A DNA stretch of 57,448 nucleotides, taken from NCBI GenBank assembly GCA_039933825.1, contig JBDTNJ010000392.1, positions 1 to 57,448 on the forward strand, read 5' to 3'. A program made the translations under genes and the position numbers. Within the stretch, counting starts at the first letter, position 1; the number at the start of each line of letters is the position of its first letter. The notes beneath the pieces were generated by a model. The model was given only the letters and a program-made list of their open reading frames with translations. It made no database searches and was not told the origin of the DNA. This stretch comes from Luteolibacter sp. (GTDB lineage: Bacteria > Verrucomicrobiota > Verrucomicrobiia > Verrucomicrobiales > Akkermansiaceae). Shown one piece after another: positions 57,424 to 57,448 of the stretch.

Positions 57424-57448
57424 GTGAACAGCAAAACACTGGAAATTT

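Overview
A GC-rich bacterial chromosome segment. Gene content and protein style suggest Verrucomicrobiota (Luteolibacter-like); this is an inference. The left ~30 kb is mostly housekeeping: a frameshifted Tim44-like/zinc-ribbon gene, polyprenyl synthase, NDH-2, sucAB, an ABC ATPase, system II cytochrome c maturation genes, pqiAABC, an FAH-family hydrolase, dsbD, cinA, a thioredoxin and a split metH. Two non-coding structures stand out there. One is a tandem pair of ~88-nt covarying hairpin RNAs at 21260-21549, one behind a sigma54-type and the other behind a sigma70-type promoter. The other is a GxxExxY gene enclosed by 39-bp inverted repeats between the two metH halves, where both arm mismatches become G-U pairs on the mRNA strand. 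The right ~25 kb (30.6-55.9 kb) is a Wzx/Wzy-type exopolysaccharide locus bracketed by intact comM and a decayed copy of the comM 3' end. It carries its own signalling module: an internally deleted H-NOX, REC-Hpt, REC, an RsbW-GAF-PP2C fusion, a free STAS protein and a WecB/TagA glycosyltransferase fused to a STAS domain. It also has a doubly degenerate nucleotidyltransferase/phosphoglycosyltransferase fusion, a Wzc without a Walker A motif, and a nucleotidyltransferase plus phosphodiesterase pair. No rRNA, tRNA, CRISPR array, integrase or transposase was recognised. All assignments come from motif recognition by eye, not from database searches.
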